Source of the DNA: an uncultured Ignavibacteriales bacterium
Lineage (GTDB): Bacteria; Zixibacteria; MSB-5A5; GN15; FEB-12
Length of the DNA stretch: 64,000 nt
Reading direction: 5' to 3'
Assembly (NCBI GenBank): GCA_964544635.1
Contig: CAZJCK010000002.1
Coordinates: forward strand, 29,388-93,387
Every line of letters starts with the position of its first letter. Positions within the stretch are counted from its first letter, which is position 1. The notes below the pieces were generated by a model. That model was given only the letters and a program-made list of their open reading frames with translations. It was not told the origin of the DNA and did no database searches. Shown here in pieces: positions 1 to 8,300 of this stretch. The position numbers were made by a program, and so were the translations under genes.

Positions 1-46
1 TCTTGTAGGTGACTCCGTCGATTTCGAGAATAGGACGTCTTGCCAT
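1..46 (-). CDS. 5' end of a CDS leaving the window (MARRPILEIDGVTYK...); possibly Hcp/TssD-like tube protein
   Basis: ATG at 46 is preceded by AAGGAG (rc of 54-59). The gene lies directly 3' of tssC. Only 15 codons are visible, so the product is guessed from position and the L-x-I-x-G-x-x-Y type start. Confidence 0.35.
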   Translation of the reverse strand, partial: MARRPILEIDGVTYK

Positions 47-105
47 AACTCAGCTCCTTATTTAATGGTATTCGGTTGCTGTATAGGTTTCAGACCGCGG
101 GTCTG

Positions 106-1533
106 TTACTTGTCCTTTACGTTCGTCTGCTGGTCGTCACCCCAGGCCATGAACTCGATATTGAACGTCTTGGCCGGGTACTTCGGGTTGAGCGACACCT
201 GGACATCGACTTCCTGTCGCTTACGCATCTCTTCATCGGCGAACACCTTGAACTCGTAGTCCTCGAGGATGTTGCCGGGACCGGTGATCGCCTTGAGGAA
301 CTTGTCGATATCGCGGCGCAGCGTATCGATAAACTTCTGGTCGATCACCGTGAAGGTCTGCTTGTTCAGGTAATTGCGCAGGGTCTTGTAGACATAGTCG
401 TAGGTGCGACGGATGGAGTAGTTGTTGAACGTCTCCTTGGTGTAGAGCGTCGACGACCCCATCGACACCGCCGTGCCCTCGAAGCTGACCATCGGGTTTA
501 CACCCTTTTCGTTGATCTTGCTGGCGTCCGGCTGATTGGCGCGGAACCGCAGGTACTTGGCTTCGGCGATCTTGCCGTTCTTGAAACCGGCCATCGGCTG
601 CTGCATGCCCACGGTGGTGTCACCCTGGTACATCTTGCCGGCGATGGCGGCTGACGGCGGGATCCAGACATCGTCATCTTCAAACTCGTTCGCCTCCCGC
701 GCTTGTATGTAGTTGGCGAAAATCGAGGCGTACTGCTTGTAGTCGTCGATGCCCGACAGGTTTTCGTAGTTGGGATCATCGAGCATGTCCATGATCTCTT
801 CCACCGATTCGAAGTTCGGCAGGTCGGTCATGACGTGGACCTTGTTCGGCATACCGATCTGTCGGGCGAAGCTGTCGACCGCCTCGATCGATCCGCAGTA
901 GCCGGGAACCACCATCATGGCGTAGCAGTTCTTGATGCCCCACTCACGGAACTCGTCGGCCACGGCCTTGGCCAGCTGCTCGAACTTGTCCTTGTCGTCG
1001 GGATCGGCCAGCTCTTCGCCCGATACATTGGCGAACCAGGCATTGACCTTCTCATCCGGCTCCTGCTGCGCGTTGGCGAAGAACTTGTCGATGGCGCGGT
1101 AGGTCGTTTCCAGCTCGCGGCTGGCCTGGTGCACCTTCTTCATGTTTTTTTGCAGGGCCTGCTCCATCTGGGTCGCCGTGGCGTTGGCGTTGGAGCGGAT
1201 TTCATTGATGTCGTCGCTGGCGCCAAGCTGGTTCACCCAGGTCTGGAGGCGCTGCGCGAGGAGTTGACGCTGCGGTGCGAACTGCTTCTTGCCGAGGAAT
1301 TCCTTGCGCTGGAAGTCCTTCTTCGGGTCGAGCCACTCGACACCGCGCACCAGGTCGCCGTCGGACGTCTTGAACGACGGCAGCAGACCGGCGAGCTGCT
1401 TGAATTCGCCGAAGTTATCAGATAGTATTCCCGACAGTTCGTCGTCGGATATCTTTTCAACCTCTACTGTTGGCTTGGCCTCTTTGGCTTCAGCCGACTC
1501 AGGCTGCATTTGTCTTTCGTCTTCACCCATCAT
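106..1533 (-). CDS. tssC: T6SS contractile sheath large subunit TssC (VipB family)
   Basis: 475 aa, with ATG at 1533 and an AAGGAAGG SD. It is adjacent to a TssB-sized partner and to ClpV. Size and the C-terminal sheath-like region (GVNPMVSFEGTAVSMGSSTLY...YDYVYKTLRNYL) fit TssC. Confidence 0.82.
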   Translation of the reverse strand: MMGEDERQMQPESAEAKEAKPTVEVEKISDDELSGILSDNFGEFKQLAGLLPSFKTSDGDLVRGVEWLDPKKDFQRKEFLGKKQFAPQRQLLAQRLQTWVNQLGASDDINEIRSNANATATQMEQALQKNMKKVHQASRELETTYRAIDKFFANAQQEPDEKVNAWFANVSGEELADPDDKDKFEQLAKAVADEFREWGIKNCYAMMVVPGYCGSIEAVDSFARQIGMPNKVHVMTDLPNFESVEEIMDMLDDPNYENLSGIDDYKQYASIFANYIQAREANEFEDDDVWIPPSAAIAGKMYQGDTTVGMQQPMAGFKNGKIAEAKYLRFRANQPDASKINEKGVNPMVSFEGTAVSMGSSTLYTKETFNNYSIRRTYDYVYKTLRNYLNKQTFTVIDQKFIDTLRRDIDKFLKAITGPGNILEDYEFKVFADEEMRKRQEVDVQVSLNPKYPAKTFNIEFMAWGDDQQTNVKDK

Positions 1534-1547
1534 ATCTCAAACCTTCC

Positions 1548-1988
1548 TTACTCGCCCAACAGGTCAACGTAGTACTGCATTACCTTGAGCAACGCCTGCT
1601 TCTTGTCCGGGTCGGCGAGGACCTTCTTGAGGGCGTTGTTCTTCTTGAGTTGCGAATCGAGGTCGGCCAGGATCTCCTTGCCGTAGTACATCCGTCGCAA
1701 CTCGTCATTCTTCTCGATCAGCTCCTTGGACGAAAAGTCTTTCATGGCGCGGATCTGGAAGTCGGCGTTTACCGGCTCGCCGTTTTCGGATTCCAGGTCG
1801 ACGTTGAATGACGGCTGAAACTTGTCGAATACTTCCTTGAGGTTATTGCAGCGTACCGGGGTAGCGTCCGCATCCTCGTCGTCGTTCAGTTTGGCGGCAT
1901 ACAGGAGCTTATTGGACGGCAGCAGTTCGACGGGAACTGATTCGTCCTTTTTGACTCGCTCTGTAGCACCGAGTATGAATTTAGCCAT
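1548..1988 (-). CDS. tssB: T6SS contractile sheath small subunit TssB (VipA family)
   Basis: 146 aa with a GGAGGA SD. The layout fits TssB: a short N-terminal strand region, an acidic middle part, and a DF-containing segment (IRAMKDFSSKELIEKNDELRRM) followed by a helical tail. It lies immediately 5' of tssC. Confidence 0.8.
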   Translation of the reverse strand: MAKFILGATERVKKDESVPVELLPSNKLLYAAKLNDDEDADATPVRCNNLKEVFDKFQPSFNVDLESENGEPVNADFQIRAMKDFSSKELIEKNDELRRMYYGKEILADLDSQLKKNNALKKVLADPDKKQALLKVMQYYVDLLGE

Positions 1989-2033
1989 ACGTTCCTCCGT
2001 GCTCTATTGTTCACACCTACATTGTTAGCTATC

Positions 2034-3128
2034 TCATGATTCGACGCGCGTAAACACGTACTCGTCATCTTTCACGTCGACCCGCAGCACATCACCCTGC
2101 TTGATCGTGCCGGTGATGATCTCCACCGACAGCCGGTTGATGATGTCGCGCTCGATAATGCGCTGCAATGGCCGCGCGCCCAGTTCGAAGGTGTAGCCCT
2201 CGCGGGCCAGCTTGAGCCGGGCGTCATCGGACAGGGTCGCCTCGATGTTCTGGTCTTCAAGCAGGCCGGCCAGGCTGCGGAACTCATGTCCGACAATCGT
2301 CTCGACCTGCTTACCTGTAAACGCGTGATAAATGATAATATCGTTTAACCGATTGAGAAATTCGGGGCGGAATTTTGAGAAAAGGAAATTGCGGATCGCC
2401 TCCATGTCGACCTCTTTCCCCTCGCGGTCGGCCTCGAGGATCATCTCGGCGGCATAGTTGGAGGTCAGGACCACGATGGTGTTGGAGAAGTCGACCGTGC
2501 GGCTCTGGCTGTCGGTCAGACGGCCGTCGTCGAGCAGCTGCAGTAACAGGTTGAAGACATCGGGGTGGGCTTTTTCAACTTCGTCGAACAGGACAATCGA
2601 GAACGGTTTCTTGCGTACCGCCTCGGTCAGCACGCCGCCCTCTTCGTAACCGATATAACCGGGCGGAGCCCCGATCAGCTTGGCGACCGAGTGTTTTTCC
2701 ATGTACTCCGACATGTCCATGCGGACCATGGCATTCTTGTCGTCGAACAGGAACTCCGCGAGCAACTTGGGCAGGTAGGTCTTACCGGTGCCGGTGGGGC
2801 CGAGAAACAGAAACGATCCGACCGGCCGGTTGGCCGGCTTGAGGCCGGCGCGCGACTTGCGGATGGCGTCGGCCACCGCCTTGATGGCGTTCTCCTGCCC
2901 GACAATACGCCGCGACAAGTACTCTTCCATTTTGAGCAGGCGATCTTTCTCGGCCGTCATCATGCGCGTGACCGGAATACCGGTGCGTCGCGCCACCACC
3001 GAGGCGATATCCGACCCGTCGATCCGGTGATCGAGATTGTCGACCGCTGTTTTGAGGCGGCCAAGCAGCTCCTGCTTGTCTTCAAGTTTCTTCTTGAGGA
3101 TTTCGCTGTTTGCTTTGGCTTGCGGCAT
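2034..3128 (-). CDS. tssH: ClpV/TssH (Clp/Hsp100 AAA+ ATPase), C-terminal half: end of middle coiled coil, second AAA+ module, C-terminal small domain
   Basis: Walker A is GPTGTGKTYL and Walker B is IVLFDEVEKAH. The Clp signature region VVARRTGIPVTRM...RIVGQENAIKAVADAIRKSRAGL and the ClpB_D2-small-like tail (RPEFLNRLNDIIIYHAF) are present. The ATG at 3128 shares its A with the TGA of the upstream half (TGATG). Confidence 0.85.
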   Translation of the reverse strand: MPQAKANSEILKKKLEDKQELLGRLKTAVDNLDHRIDGSDIASVVARRTGIPVTRMMTAEKDRLLKMEEYLSRRIVGQENAIKAVADAIRKSRAGLKPANRPVGSFLFLGPTGTGKTYLPKLLAEFLFDDKNAMVRMDMSEYMEKHSVAKLIGAPPGYIGYEEGGVLTEAVRKKPFSIVLFDEVEKAHPDVFNLLLQLLDDGRLTDSQSRTVDFSNTIVVLTSNYAAEMILEADREGKEVDMEAIRNFLFSKFRPEFLNRLNDIIIYHAFTGKQVETIVGHEFRSLAGLLEDQNIEATLSDDARLKLAREGYTFELGARPLQRIIERDIINRLSVEIITGTIKQGDVLRVDVKDDEYVFTRVES

Positions 3129-4567
3129 CAGACCAACTCCTCTTTCACATCGAGGCGATGTCCCCAGAAGGTGAACAGCCGATCGACCTCGCGGGCGAAG
3201 TCGTCGACCGCCTTCTCGGCCGCCTCCAGCTGACTGTCATCGACCGCCGCCTTCGCAAGCAGCGCCTCGACATCGGCGACCTGTTTCTCGAGCTGCGGGA
3301 TCTTGTCTTTAGCGAATTCTTCTTTCACGGCGTATTCCGAGCCGGCTTCATCGATCACGTCGAGGGCGATGTCCGGCAGGTTGCGTTCACTGAGATAGCG
3401 TTTTGAGTATTTCACGGCTGCTTCGATCGCTTCGGGATCGTACTCGATCTTGTGGTGCTCCTGGTACTTCGGCATGACACCGGAGATAATCCGGACCGCT
3501 TCGTCGTGTGACGGTTCGTCGACGACCACTTTCTCGAAGCGCCGGACCAGCGCTTTATCTTTCTCTATGTACTTCGTGTATTCCTCTTCGGTGGTGGCGC
3601 CGATGACGCGGAGCTGGCCGCGGGCCAGCGCCGGCTTGATCAGGTTGGCGGCATCCATCCCGCCCGAGCCGGAGCCGGCTCCCATGAGGGTGTGGATTTC
3701 ATCTACAAAGAGTATGGTACGCCCGGCGGTCTTGACCACTTCGCTGATGAGCGACTTGAAGCGCTCTTCGAACTCACCCTTGTACTTGGCGCCTGCCACC
3801 ATGGCGCCCATGTCGACTTCCATCACCTTGGCGTCATACAACGCCTTCGGCACCTTCTTGTCCACCACCGCCTGGGCGAAGCCTTCGACAATGGCCGACT
3901 TGCCGACCCCGGCGCCACCGACCAGCACCGGCGAATTCTTGCGTCGCCGCAACAGAATCTGTATGACCTGCTGCACCTCGTCGTCGCGTCCGATCATCGG
4001 ATCGTACTTGCCGGAGGCGGCCAGGTTGGTCATATCGGAGCAGTAGCGAAGTGAGCCGGACGATTTCTTTGCCGGCTCGCCAGACGCGCCGCCGCCGGCC
4101 GGTTTGGGACCGGCAGCAATCTCCTCGACCATCTGGCTTTCGGCCAGGGCCTTGAGAATATCGTCCTTGACGATATCGAGCTTCTCGCGGACATATGCGG
4201 CCAGGCTCGACTTGGGATCGATGATCGCCAGCAGGATATGCTCCGGCTCGACCAGCGGATCGGAAAGGTTCGACTTCTCGATATTGGCCTGCTCCAGCGC
4301 GGCCTGTACGCTCGGGCCGATCGAGAGGTTGTCACGGGCACTTGACCGGCTCGACTGATCTTTGAGATGGGTCTCGATGACCGACTCACAGAAGGCCGGG
4401 CTCTTGCCCAGTTGGTTGAGGATCGACTCGACCTCGGTCCCGACCTGGCGTACCAGGGCAAGGAACAGGTGTTCGATCGTTATTTCCGGATGTTTGAAAG
4501 CGGCTGCGACTTCCTTCGCATTCTTTATAGCAGCCCGAGAATCGGCCGAATAATTGGCTATATCCAT
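3128..4567 (-). CDS. tssH: ClpV/TssH N-terminal half: Clp_N domain, first AAA+ module, start of middle coiled coil
   Basis: Clp_N-like repeat (HPEITIEHLFLAL...EPEHILLAII), Walker A GGAGVGKSAIVEG and Walker B ILFVDEIHTL. The likely start is the ATG at 4567 (MDIANYS..., AAGGG SD). The track start at 4633 is a GTG. Confidence 0.8.
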   Translation of the reverse strand: MDIANYSADSRAAIKNAKEVAAAFKHPEITIEHLFLALVRQVGTEVESILNQLGKSPAFCESVIETHLKDQSSRSSARDNLSIGPSVQAALEQANIEKSNLSDPLVEPEHILLAIIDPKSSLAAYVREKLDIVKDDILKALAESQMVEEIAAGPKPAGGGASGEPAKKSSGSLRYCSDMTNLAASGKYDPMIGRDDEVQQVIQILLRRRKNSPVLVGGAGVGKSAIVEGFAQAVVDKKVPKALYDAKVMEVDMGAMVAGAKYKGEFEERFKSLISEVVKTAGRTILFVDEIHTLMGAGSGSGGMDAANLIKPALARGQLRVIGATTEEEYTKYIEKDKALVRRFEKVVVDEPSHDEAVRIISGVMPKYQEHHKIEYDPEAIEAAVKYSKRYLSERNLPDIALDVIDEAGSEYAVKEEFAKDKIPQLEKQVADVEALLAKAAVDDSQLEAAEKAVDDFAREVDRLFTFWGHRLDVKEELV

Positions 4568-4657
4568 GCCTGCCCTTATGTGAATTTCGTGGTTGCCGTT
4601 GTCAAGGTAACGATGCGCCGCTGCCCGCAGCACACACGCAAGGTGTACGGTTGCAAA

Positions 4658-4686
4658 ATAGTACGGGCTGTGACGGTGTAAGTCAA
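4658..4686 (-). promoter_or_regulatory. Candidate sigma70-type promoter upstream of clpV (TTGACT-17 nt-TACTAT on minus strand)
   Basis: The rc of 4681-4686 is TTGACT and the rc of 4658-4663 is TACTAT, with a 17-nt spacer. It lies in the 73-nt gap between the cargo island and clpV. Confidence 0.4.
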
Positions 4687-4706
4687 GCCTGAACTACCAT
4701 AACAGA

Positions 4707-5663
4707 TCACCCTTCCAGCTCAAGAATGTCGGAAAATGTCGCCCCTCGCACCTGATACGCGCGATCCGCCCCCGGTGCTGGAGCATAGTCAATATATAAG
4801 CTCTGGATCAAAGTTATCGATGATTCACCCGCATCGTGTACTGCCTCGACCGGAAAAAGTTTGCTCTGGGCCGGATCGAGATGCACCAATTCGGGGATGG
4901 TCGAGGTGTCGGCGGGGCGCACCACCGGAACAAACCGCCATTCCAGCGGCAATGCGGTCACACCAGGTTCCTCCGGTTCGACCGAGGCAATCTGAATCCC
5001 GGCCTGACCGGTCTCATCCTGCGGCAGGCGGCGTGGATCGCGGAGCACCAGCGGCTCGCTGCCCACGTTTTTGAGCACCAGCGAAAACCGGTTCGACGCT
5101 GCCTCGCTCTGGTCCAGCAGTGTCACTGACAGTGCTGCCGTCGGCTGCTCTTCAAGTTCGGCCGCAAAACCGAACAGGCCATCCACCAGTGCCGACGCCT
5201 GCGCCATCAACTCGCCGTCAATCGGTGAAAATTTCCGAGTAAGACTATCCTCTTCCCCTTCGATCGTCACCGTAATAACAGCATGCCCGGGGGTGACACC
5301 CTTCAGTTCGCGCAGATCGGCAAAGCCGACCTGTTCGAACAGTGCCACCAGCGAGTCGCACTGCTCGCCCTTCAGCTGCGACCGGAACAGTCCGATCGGC
5401 CGGCCTGGTTCGTCGGACGGCGGTCTCAGTACTTCCCAGCTTGCCGTGTTACCGGCGCAATCGACGTGTAGTTCAAGATAGTGCTTGGGAGTATCCGGGC
5501 CGTAAGCCGGACCGGATGATGACACCATCCGGATAGCGTTAACTTGTCCAATCCCTGCAAGATTCATATCTGGCGTACCTTTGCATGATGTTTCCCCGGC
5601 CCCGACCAGTGCGACCACAACCAGTCCCGCCGCGAGATGTCGCACCCCGGCAATTCTTGACAT
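4707..5663 (-). CDS. Signal-peptide protein of unknown family; candidate periplasmic immunity protein for the adjacent metalloprotease, or a T6SS-associated envelope protein
   Basis: ATG at 5663 with an AAAGGA SD. The N-terminus MSRIAGVRHLAAGLVVVALVGAGETSC is a hydrophobic signal sequence. I recognised no catalytic motif. It lies immediately 3' of the HExxH gene. Confidence 0.55.
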   Translation of the reverse strand: MSRIAGVRHLAAGLVVVALVGAGETSCKGTPDMNLAGIGQVNAIRMVSSSGPAYGPDTPKHYLELHVDCAGNTASWEVLRPPSDEPGRPIGLFRSQLKGEQCDSLVALFEQVGFADLRELKGVTPGHAVITVTIEGEEDSLTRKFSPIDGELMAQASALVDGLFGFAAELEEQPTAALSVTLLDQSEAASNRFSLVLKNVGSEPLVLRDPRRLPQDETGQAGIQIASVEPEEPGVTALPLEWRFVPVVRPADTSTIPELVHLDPAQSKLFPVEAVHDAGESSITLIQSLYIDYAPAPGADRAYQVRGATFSDILELEG

Positions 5664-5688
5664 ATGCCCATATCCTTTCTTTCCCGGT

Positions 5689-6960
5689 TCATGCACCGCC
5701 TCCCGGTGGCTGGCGGCGCGATCGCGCTCGGTAGCGGTAATCTAAACCGGTCTGGTCTTTTACCATTTGCGCAAGATGACGGCAGATCGTGCGGAAGTGG
5801 CGCCACTTCACATGGGTCAGGTTTTGCCCCATGATCGAGTCGGCATCAATACCGTTCACCGCCCCATCACCATTAAGACTGGCATCGATGGCCGCCCCGG
5901 CGTACTCATCGGGGTTGCCGAGATGATGCCCGAACTCATGGGCAGCCACGGCCAGTCGGGGTTCGGCCAAAAACCAGAGCGAATCGTTGGAACGAATGTT
6001 ACCTGGCGCAACGATGAGCGTGCCGGCCGAAAGGGCGTTTTTCTTTTCGAAACTGACATCGAATTCCGTCTGGTAGCGGCAGCACCAGTCGGCGCCCGAC
6101 TGACAGCCCCGTCGCTTGATATCGAACTTGTTGTTCCAAGTGGTGATGATGTTGTCACGCCATTGGGTAATGCGGCGGCGGTTGGGGGGGCTGTCGATAT
6201 TCCAGTCGGCAAACCGTTCCGGCCAGGTGCCGCCATACTGACAGGTGTAATTGTTTCCCTGCTTGTAGAAGCCGACACAAAAGTTGTTGCCGTCATGCAG
6301 GACGAATCTGCGCGGCAGGTTAACCCAGGCGTTGCCGTTCCAGTACTTGTTGCGTCCTCGAACCTGTTTCATCCACCAGTATGGCCCGCCCTGGACATTG
6401 AAGGCGGCAACAGCACCGGCGTTGCCCTGCGGCGCGCTGGCACCGAGATTGACTACCGACGCTCCCCATCCCTTGAGGTATTTGATATTGCTGCTGATCT
6501 TTACCGTCCGATCGTTGGTCGCGACATCGAAGTGCGAGCGGCTCTCATCGAAATGTGCCGACGCCAGGTCGGGCATCCGGCGCAACTGGAGCAGGTTCGA
6601 TGAGGCAGCAGCCTCGGCTACCAGGTCGGTATGTACTTTGAAGCGAATGTTGCCGTCGAGCTTGTCATCGGCCGCCCCGCGGGCATTCCAGATCGTATAG
6701 AGTCGTCCGCCGATGACGGCTGCCGGAATTTCGTCGAACTTGGTCTCGCTGCCGTCATCAGAAACAAAACAGACATCAATGCGAGCCGGTGTGATGGGCG
6801 GATGGCCACTGATGACGACCTCGATGGCGACCGCTTCACCGCAGCGCACGGTCGGCCGCAGCCACTGCGCCCGGCGCACCCGATAGTTGGCACGGCGGAA
6901 CAGCCACCGCACCCCGGTCGCGACTTTTCCTATTGTCCTCGCACCAGCACCGTTGCTCAT
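5689..6960 (-). CDS. Zinc metalloprotease-like protein (metzincin/snapalysin-type motif HEFGHHLGNPDEY); candidate T6SS effector
   Basis: 423 aa. AAHEFGHHLGNPDEY matches HExxHxxGxxD, and a possible Met-turn (ADSIMGQN) follows about 25 residues later. The central region is rich in Trp, Asn and Cys, and the N-terminus resembles a beta-sandwich. Its start overlaps the stop of the upstream gene (ATGA at 6957-6960). Confidence 0.65.
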   Translation of the reverse strand: MSNGAGARTIGKVATGVRWLFRRANYRVRRAQWLRPTVRCGEAVAIEVVISGHPPITPARIDVCFVSDDGSETKFDEIPAAVIGGRLYTIWNARGAADDKLDGNIRFKVHTDLVAEAAASSNLLQLRRMPDLASAHFDESRSHFDVATNDRTVKISSNIKYLKGWGASVVNLGASAPQGNAGAVAAFNVQGGPYWWMKQVRGRNKYWNGNAWVNLPRRFVLHDGNNFCVGFYKQGNNYTCQYGGTWPERFADWNIDSPPNRRRITQWRDNIITTWNNKFDIKRRGCQSGADWCCRYQTEFDVSFEKKNALSAGTLIVAPGNIRSNDSLWFLAEPRLAVAAHEFGHHLGNPDEYAGAAIDASLNGDGAVNGIDADSIMGQNLTHVKWRHFRTICRHLAQMVKDQTGLDYRYRARSRRQPPGGGA

Positions 6961-7865
6961 CCATTCTCCTCCGGATCAATAATGAACCGTCCGGCATTAG
7001 GAAAGTCGACCTCCATCTTCCCTGGCGGCAGTTCTTTCAGTCGCGCCCACCCTTCACTATCGGTCTTGCCGTCTTTTGTATTGCGGTCACCAAACCGTAT
7101 GGTAAAGTCCTGATCCGCCAGCGGCAATCCATCTTCATCCACAAACTGAAAGGCAGCATCATCACTGAAGGCGAGCAGGCCCGATGCCTGGTCATCGCGA
7201 CCATATTCCTTGTTGCCCGCTACGACCGTGAAGAAATATTTGGGCGGCTGGTAGCTGCCGCCGCGCGGCTCGAGATCGTCGTCGTCGGGGATGTCCTCGG
7301 TATTGTCGAAGTACTCAAACGCCCACTGCAGTTCCATGCGATTGTCCTTCACCATACCGTCCAGCGACAACACCTTGTCATGGGCGCCGCCGGCGTCATG
7401 TTCATACACCCGCACTTCCACGGTTTCACCGCTGTCGAGGCCGCGGATATCGGCGGTCATGATCACGATCTCGTCGCGCTTCACCTCTTCTTTGTCCCAC
7501 TTCAGGTTGCCTGCACTCACCATCGGTCGGACCGGAATCGGCAGCGACTCGCCGTCGAGCGAATTCTTGCTCAACTCCGCCTGCAGAATCACCTGGTCGC
7601 CCGGTTCGATATCCTCGGGAATGAGAAACGAACCGGAGAACTGGTTATTTTTGACGGTTCCCTTCACGCTACCCAGCTTGCTGCCGTTGAGCGATTTGCC
7701 GGTCACCTTGATCGGCGCACCGATGCCGACGCCCACCGTGCGTACCTGCCAGGGAGTCGATTGCCCGGCGTACGCAATCTGCGGCAACCAGCGGACGGCA
7801 ACAAGTTTCGCCTCCAGTTCGACCTTGTGTTTGCTGTTGACCCCTTTGGAGAAGCTGAGTTTCAC
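6957..7865 (-). CDS. Repeat-domain protein of unknown family sharing its C-terminal module with the PAAR protein; candidate adaptor or co-effector
   Basis: 302 aa, GTG start with a GAAGG SD. It has three W...G...V...YE-type beta-rich segments. Its C-terminus (PPKYFFTVVAG...SGLL...FVDEDGLPLADQ...GKTDSEGWARLKELPPGKMEVDFPNAG) parallels the PAAR protein tail. Confidence 0.6.
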   Translation of the reverse strand: MKLSFSKGVNSKHKVELEAKLVAVRWLPQIAYAGQSTPWQVRTVGVGIGAPIKVTGKSLNGSKLGSVKGTVKNNQFSGSFLIPEDIEPGDQVILQAELSKNSLDGESLPIPVRPMVSAGNLKWDKEEVKRDEIVIMTADIRGLDSGETVEVRVYEHDAGGAHDKVLSLDGMVKDNRMELQWAFEYFDNTEDIPDDDDLEPRGGSYQPPKYFFTVVAGNKEYGRDDQASGLLAFSDDAAFQFVDEDGLPLADQDFTIRFGDRNTKDGKTDSEGWARLKELPPGKMEVDFPNAGRFIIDPEENG

Positions 7866-7879
7866 GTTACCTTCACTCG

Positions 7880-8290
7880 TTATTCTGTCTTCAGTGATCC
7901 GGCGATACGCAGCATGTCGAGACCGAACGTCTTGAGTGTCTGCTTGTCGAAATCGCCGACAAAGTCGTATCCCCGGTCGTTGTGCAGCACCCAGATATGC
8001 TTACGAAAGACCGGTTCCTCGCCGAAACTCAGTTTGGCGATAAACTCTCGCGCCGGCAGGCCGTTGTCGAGCGTGACATTCTCGTTCTTGAGCACTTCCA
8101 TCTGGCCGAATGATTCCTGCAGCATCGACACGCGAGCATCGGCGAACTCATCGAGACCGTCGACGACCGGCTCGCGGTCCAGAGTGAGGGTGACCAGCGG
8201 CGCCTGGTCGTTTTCGACCGGTCCAATCATCATGTATGCAGTCTGGTTGCGCCAGCCATCGGGAAGCTCCAGGTCAAATGAATCCAGCAT
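7880..8290 (-). CDS. DUF1795/DcrB-like small cytoplasmic protein (Eag-type effector chaperone, or immunity protein)
   Basis: ATG at 8290 with an AAGGA SD; the track start at 8296 is a TTG. The sequence MLDSFDLELPDGWRNQTAYMMIG...LTLDRE...LDEFADARVSMLQESF fits the F-x-L-x-LP-x-GW-x-D/N-x-T pattern of DUF1795 as I recall it. No signal peptide. Confidence 0.5.
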   Translation of the reverse strand: MLDSFDLELPDGWRNQTAYMMIGPVENDQAPLVTLTLDREPVVDGLDEFADARVSMLQESFGQMEVLKNENVTLDNGLPAREFIAKLSFGEEPVFRKHIWVLHNDRGYDFVGDFDKQTLKTFGLDMLRIAGSLKTE

Positions 8291-8300
8291 ATGCAAGTCC

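Noticed and set aside
3100-3160. Interpreting the split clpV as a simple frameshift pseudogene
   Set aside because: Not adopted as the primary call. The junction is a clean TGATG coupling site, and the downstream frame upstream of its ATG translates to non-Clp-like sequence. An assembly indel cannot be excluded without reads, so the point is kept as a finding with that caveat.
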